DNA of 64,000 bases from the NCBI GenBank assembly GCA_964016885.1, contig OZ024749.1, positions 55,366,001-55,430,000 of the forward strand, given 5' to 3'. Each line of letters begins with the position of its first letter. The stretch's first letter is position 1. A program made the translations under genes and the position numbers. Positions 60,026-64,000 of this stretch are shown here, in pieces. The notes beneath the pieces are model-generated. The model had not been told where the DNA came from. It searched no databases and saw only the letters and a list, made by a program, of their open reading frames with translations. This DNA comes from Eledone cirrhosa (Eukaryota).

Positions 60026-62716
60026 AGAGAGAGAGAGAGATGTATGTATGTGTGTATATAAAAGATAACTTATGAATACTGAGTATATTATTCTGTCTAG
60101 CAACCAGAATGTCGCAACTGGTATCAACAATGGAAAGACCAATGGAAACATTGTTTCCTTGGCCCAATTTGATGTATTCCACCCCCACATCTCGATAAGC
60201 GTATATTACTAGTCTTCACAGCTCTGGACTCACATGATTCCTACAAGTCTTGATACACAGACATTCATACACAAACATATGTACATGAGTATATATAGAT
60301 GAGATTTTGGCTTTACCTGATTAACAACTGTGAAGAAGAGATCAGGCTGGTGTCAGGTCTATAGCATTAACATAGATCCTGAGCCTCACATTTGTGAAAC
60401 AGTTGTTACTATCTAGAATTAATAAAGACCTTAATATGAAACCTCGCTTTCTTTTCAATATATATATAACCTGAGTACATTTATGAACAACTAGAAATTA
60501 TATACAAATGTGTAATATAATATACACTCACACACAAAATATATCACTATAAAAGACAACAAAGTGAAATTGAAGTGGAATATCTTTCTCTTGGGGATAG
60601 AAAGCAGTTCACATTCCATATACTTCCCACATAATTTTTTTCTTTATTTTTTTTTCATTTTGGTAATATTAGTAGTAGTAGTAGTATTTACTCAGATAAT
60701 AGTAATAGTACGTACGTACTCGGGGTTAAATAGATATGATTGAACAGAGTGATAGATATAGTGAGAGAGAGAGAGATTATGAAAGACAGATATATCGAGA
60801 GAGAGAGTGAGAAAGAAAGATAGAGGGAGAGATACTATGAAAGACAGATTATCAAAAGAGAGAAAGAGAGAGAGAGAGAAAGATAGAAAGTATGAAATAA
60901 ATCGAGAGAGAGAGAGAGAGGGGTGAGAGTCAATTGAAGAATTGTAAACAGACTTAAGAAATTTCACATGAAAAGGAAGACAGAAAGAAAGAAAAGTTGG
61001 CAAATAATTCACACATTTAAATAAAGTATGGCAAAAAATTAATAATAAGAATAATAATTATTAATAATAATAATAATAATTAATAAGAATAATAATTGAT
61101 AAGAATAATAATAGCAGTACTACTAATAATGATGATAATTAGACTATAAGACTATTGAATAAGAAGAAAAAGGAGGAGGAGAAAAAATGAAGAACCGTAA
61201 AAGAAATTTGAAGAAAATAAAGTGCTTAAATAAAAAATTTGTTGAAAAAAATGTTTTTGTTTGGTTTAAAAGAAAAAAAAATATGTTCAACAATAACAAA
61301 CAACAACAACAACAACAAAACACATTCTAAGTTTTTAAGGCACTGCTTGTCATAGCATTTCTGGTTACAGTAACAATAATAATGCTAATAATAATGGTTT
61401 AATAATAATAATATTGATAATAATAATAAACAAGTAACGATACTAATATTTATATTGTAAATAATAAAAATACTATAATAATGAATAAAATAACAAAATA
61501 TTGTAAATAATATATATATAAAAAAACTTAGAGGTGTACGTTTGTATGTGTTTATGTGTGTATACCTGTGTGTGTGAGCATCTGTGTGTTTCTATACAAT
61601 GTGTGCTTGTGTGTGTGTATATGTGTGTGTTTATGTATGTGAGTGAGTGGGTATTTTTATGCCCCTCTGTGTGTGTATGCATCTGTGTGTTTTTGATATG
61701 TGCTTGTGTGTATAGATGAAGATATATATATGTGCGTGTTTGTTAGAAAAAAAAGCCACATTAAAACTTTCATGACAATATTTCTAATGAAATGTATCTT
61801 AATTAATTTGAAAACTAATGAAGAATTTGGAAGGATTTTAAGGAAAGCAGCCAAACTGTTCTCAATAGCAAACTGTTGTTTGGAACACAGCCTAATCAAA
61901 ATGTTTCATAAACCAAAGTATAAGAGGTTCAAATATGAATGGGAGTATTTCAATAAAGATAATTTGCTACCAAAGAATCTGTGGAGTTCTCAAGCAGGTT
62001 GATATTATAAGGATTATATGAAACTAGGTGTGTGACTTAGTGGTTAGAGAATTGGATTCTCAATCGTGAGGTTGCAAGTTACATAGATTCCCGTTACTAT
62101 TTCTAATAGGAAATGTAACTAGTAGATAGTAACAGCAATGGAAAGACCAATGGAAACATTGTTTCTTTGGTCCGATTTGACAAGTTCCACTCCACTTGGT
62201 AAGCAAATAAGGTCTGGGATCTGGTCAATTGTTAAGAGAGAGAAAGTGGTAGTATCTGGCTTAGACAGGTTTTCTAGAAAGTCTTAAAGCAAATGACCTC
62301 CTTCTTGAAAAGATATGTCCTTATGAGCCCCTAAAACAGCAGCAAGCCTGCCTTTGTCATCATCTTGTGTATCTTCATAATAACAATACAAATGGTTTCT
62401 AATTTAGGCACAAGGCCAGCAAATCACATCAAACTCAGTCCTTGGTGGGTCACTATTTTATTTCATGAGCATGAACACAAAGTTTGAGCTGAGAATGGCT
62501 CATAGCTTACTGGGTGTGGGTGAGTTTGCCTTAGTGTGAATAAACACACTCACAGACGTAGCTGGTATCTGTGAGATATGGATTCCTCATGGCAGCCAAT
62601 GGCAACTTCTTTTTCCATTTTTAAGGGTCTTCTACACCCTATTTTATAAGCTATTTTATAGCATCTCTGTACATGAGCATAACATTCTTTATATTATATT
62701 AAATACACACACATAC

Positions 62717-62756
<40 letters not shown>

Positions 62757-64000
62757 TTTTCATACATACTCACATATGAGTATGTATGCATGTGTATGTC
62801 TTTGTAGTATTTCAGAAGAACAAAGGATTAATCCCTGCAATGGAGCAGGTGTGTTACTTTGTTAAACCACATAAATAAATTAAAAAAACCGTCCATAAAA
62901 CCAAGGTAAGCACCTTAATCCATTGGCTTCAGATTTGACACACAATACCACACATACTTCCCATCCCTTCCACTCCAGTTTTATTAATTTGCTGCAGGGA
63001 TGATTACAAAATCCTCTTTTTGTGAGTCCTGATTGGAGAGTCAGTCTGTCTGTGTGTCTATCAGTTTATCTGTCTGGCTGATATACCCCAACCCTGCCTC
63101 AACTCTCATTCTATATTGTTGTTGTGTGGCCCAAGGCAGCCCATATCGAGTAAAAGCTAAGAACATCTAATATTTGCTCTCTTCTGTTGTAGTTATTATA
63201 GCATTACATCTCAATACCAGCTCATCTTTAGTATCAATAATTGTTTCTACTTCTGGCACAAGGCCAGCAATTACCCCAGTGCATTACTGGTACTTTATTT
63301 TATTGACCCTATAAGGATGATGAAAGGCAAAGTAAACCTCGGCGGGATTTGAACTCAGAATGTAAAGAGCCATAACTCTAAGTTGCAAAGCATGGTTTAG
63401 CTATAAACAGTTATGTTAACTATAACAACATACTCTGATAGCTAATAAAATCACTATTTACAACAATGAGTGTGTGATATGATATGTTTGTTTAACGACC
63501 TACACTAACTAATTAAGCTTTCTACATTTATTTGTGAGCTTCTGCATGTGCTTATATGTGTGTGTATGTATATATGTGGTGGATATATATATATATATAT
63601 ATATGTATAGATCAGAGTGTAAATACAGTGTCAATGTGTATATCAGTTTGTGTGTAAGTGTATGAGTGAGTGTGTGTGAATGTCTGTGTGTGTATCTTTA
63701 AAGAGAGATTATATGCTCTAACATCTTACACTAATAAACATATAAAGTAAGTAACAGCGACACCTATCTCTCATTATTGGATCGTTGTATGTCAACTGAC
63801 ATCTTTTGTGTCTCTTAATAACTGCAGCAATTTTTTTTTTTTTTTTGTTTAGTATTAAAAAGTTTAAAAAAAAAAAAAAATTTGCTATAGTACACCTTTT
63901 CTAAAACAAACTTCTTTGTATTTATATATATATTTTATTTTATATTTTTTGTAAGGAAAATCCAGTATGGGTGTAAAAAAAAGTTAATTAAACAATTAAA

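Overview
AT-rich, microsatellite-dense animal genomic DNA. The repeat landscape (Nin/Deu-core and CORE tRNA-SINEs, TTAA MITEs, Penelope-like remnants) suggests an octopod cephalopod; this is inference. One 200-N gap lies at 10035-10234. Most of the window falls within a minus-strand muscleblind (mbl/MBNL) gene; left of the gap this is less certain. Five exons splice in frame with GT-AG sites: the ZnF3/4 exon (46225-45983), a 69-nt KKRP NLS cassette missed by the ORF track (32536-32468), a KR..YQQAL exon (25099-24958) and two paralogous microexons of 42 and 36 nt (24315-24274, 15496-15461). The 5' exons and the terminal exon were not found. The main signals are a YGCY-dense, AG-free element before the NLS exon that resembles the vertebrate MBNL1 autoregulatory element at nucleotide level (recalled, unverified), the duplicated microexons with synonymous-only substitutions, and several fold-back structures in the pre-mRNA. 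Nearly all other listed ORFs are repeat artefacts. Repeat boundaries are approximate.
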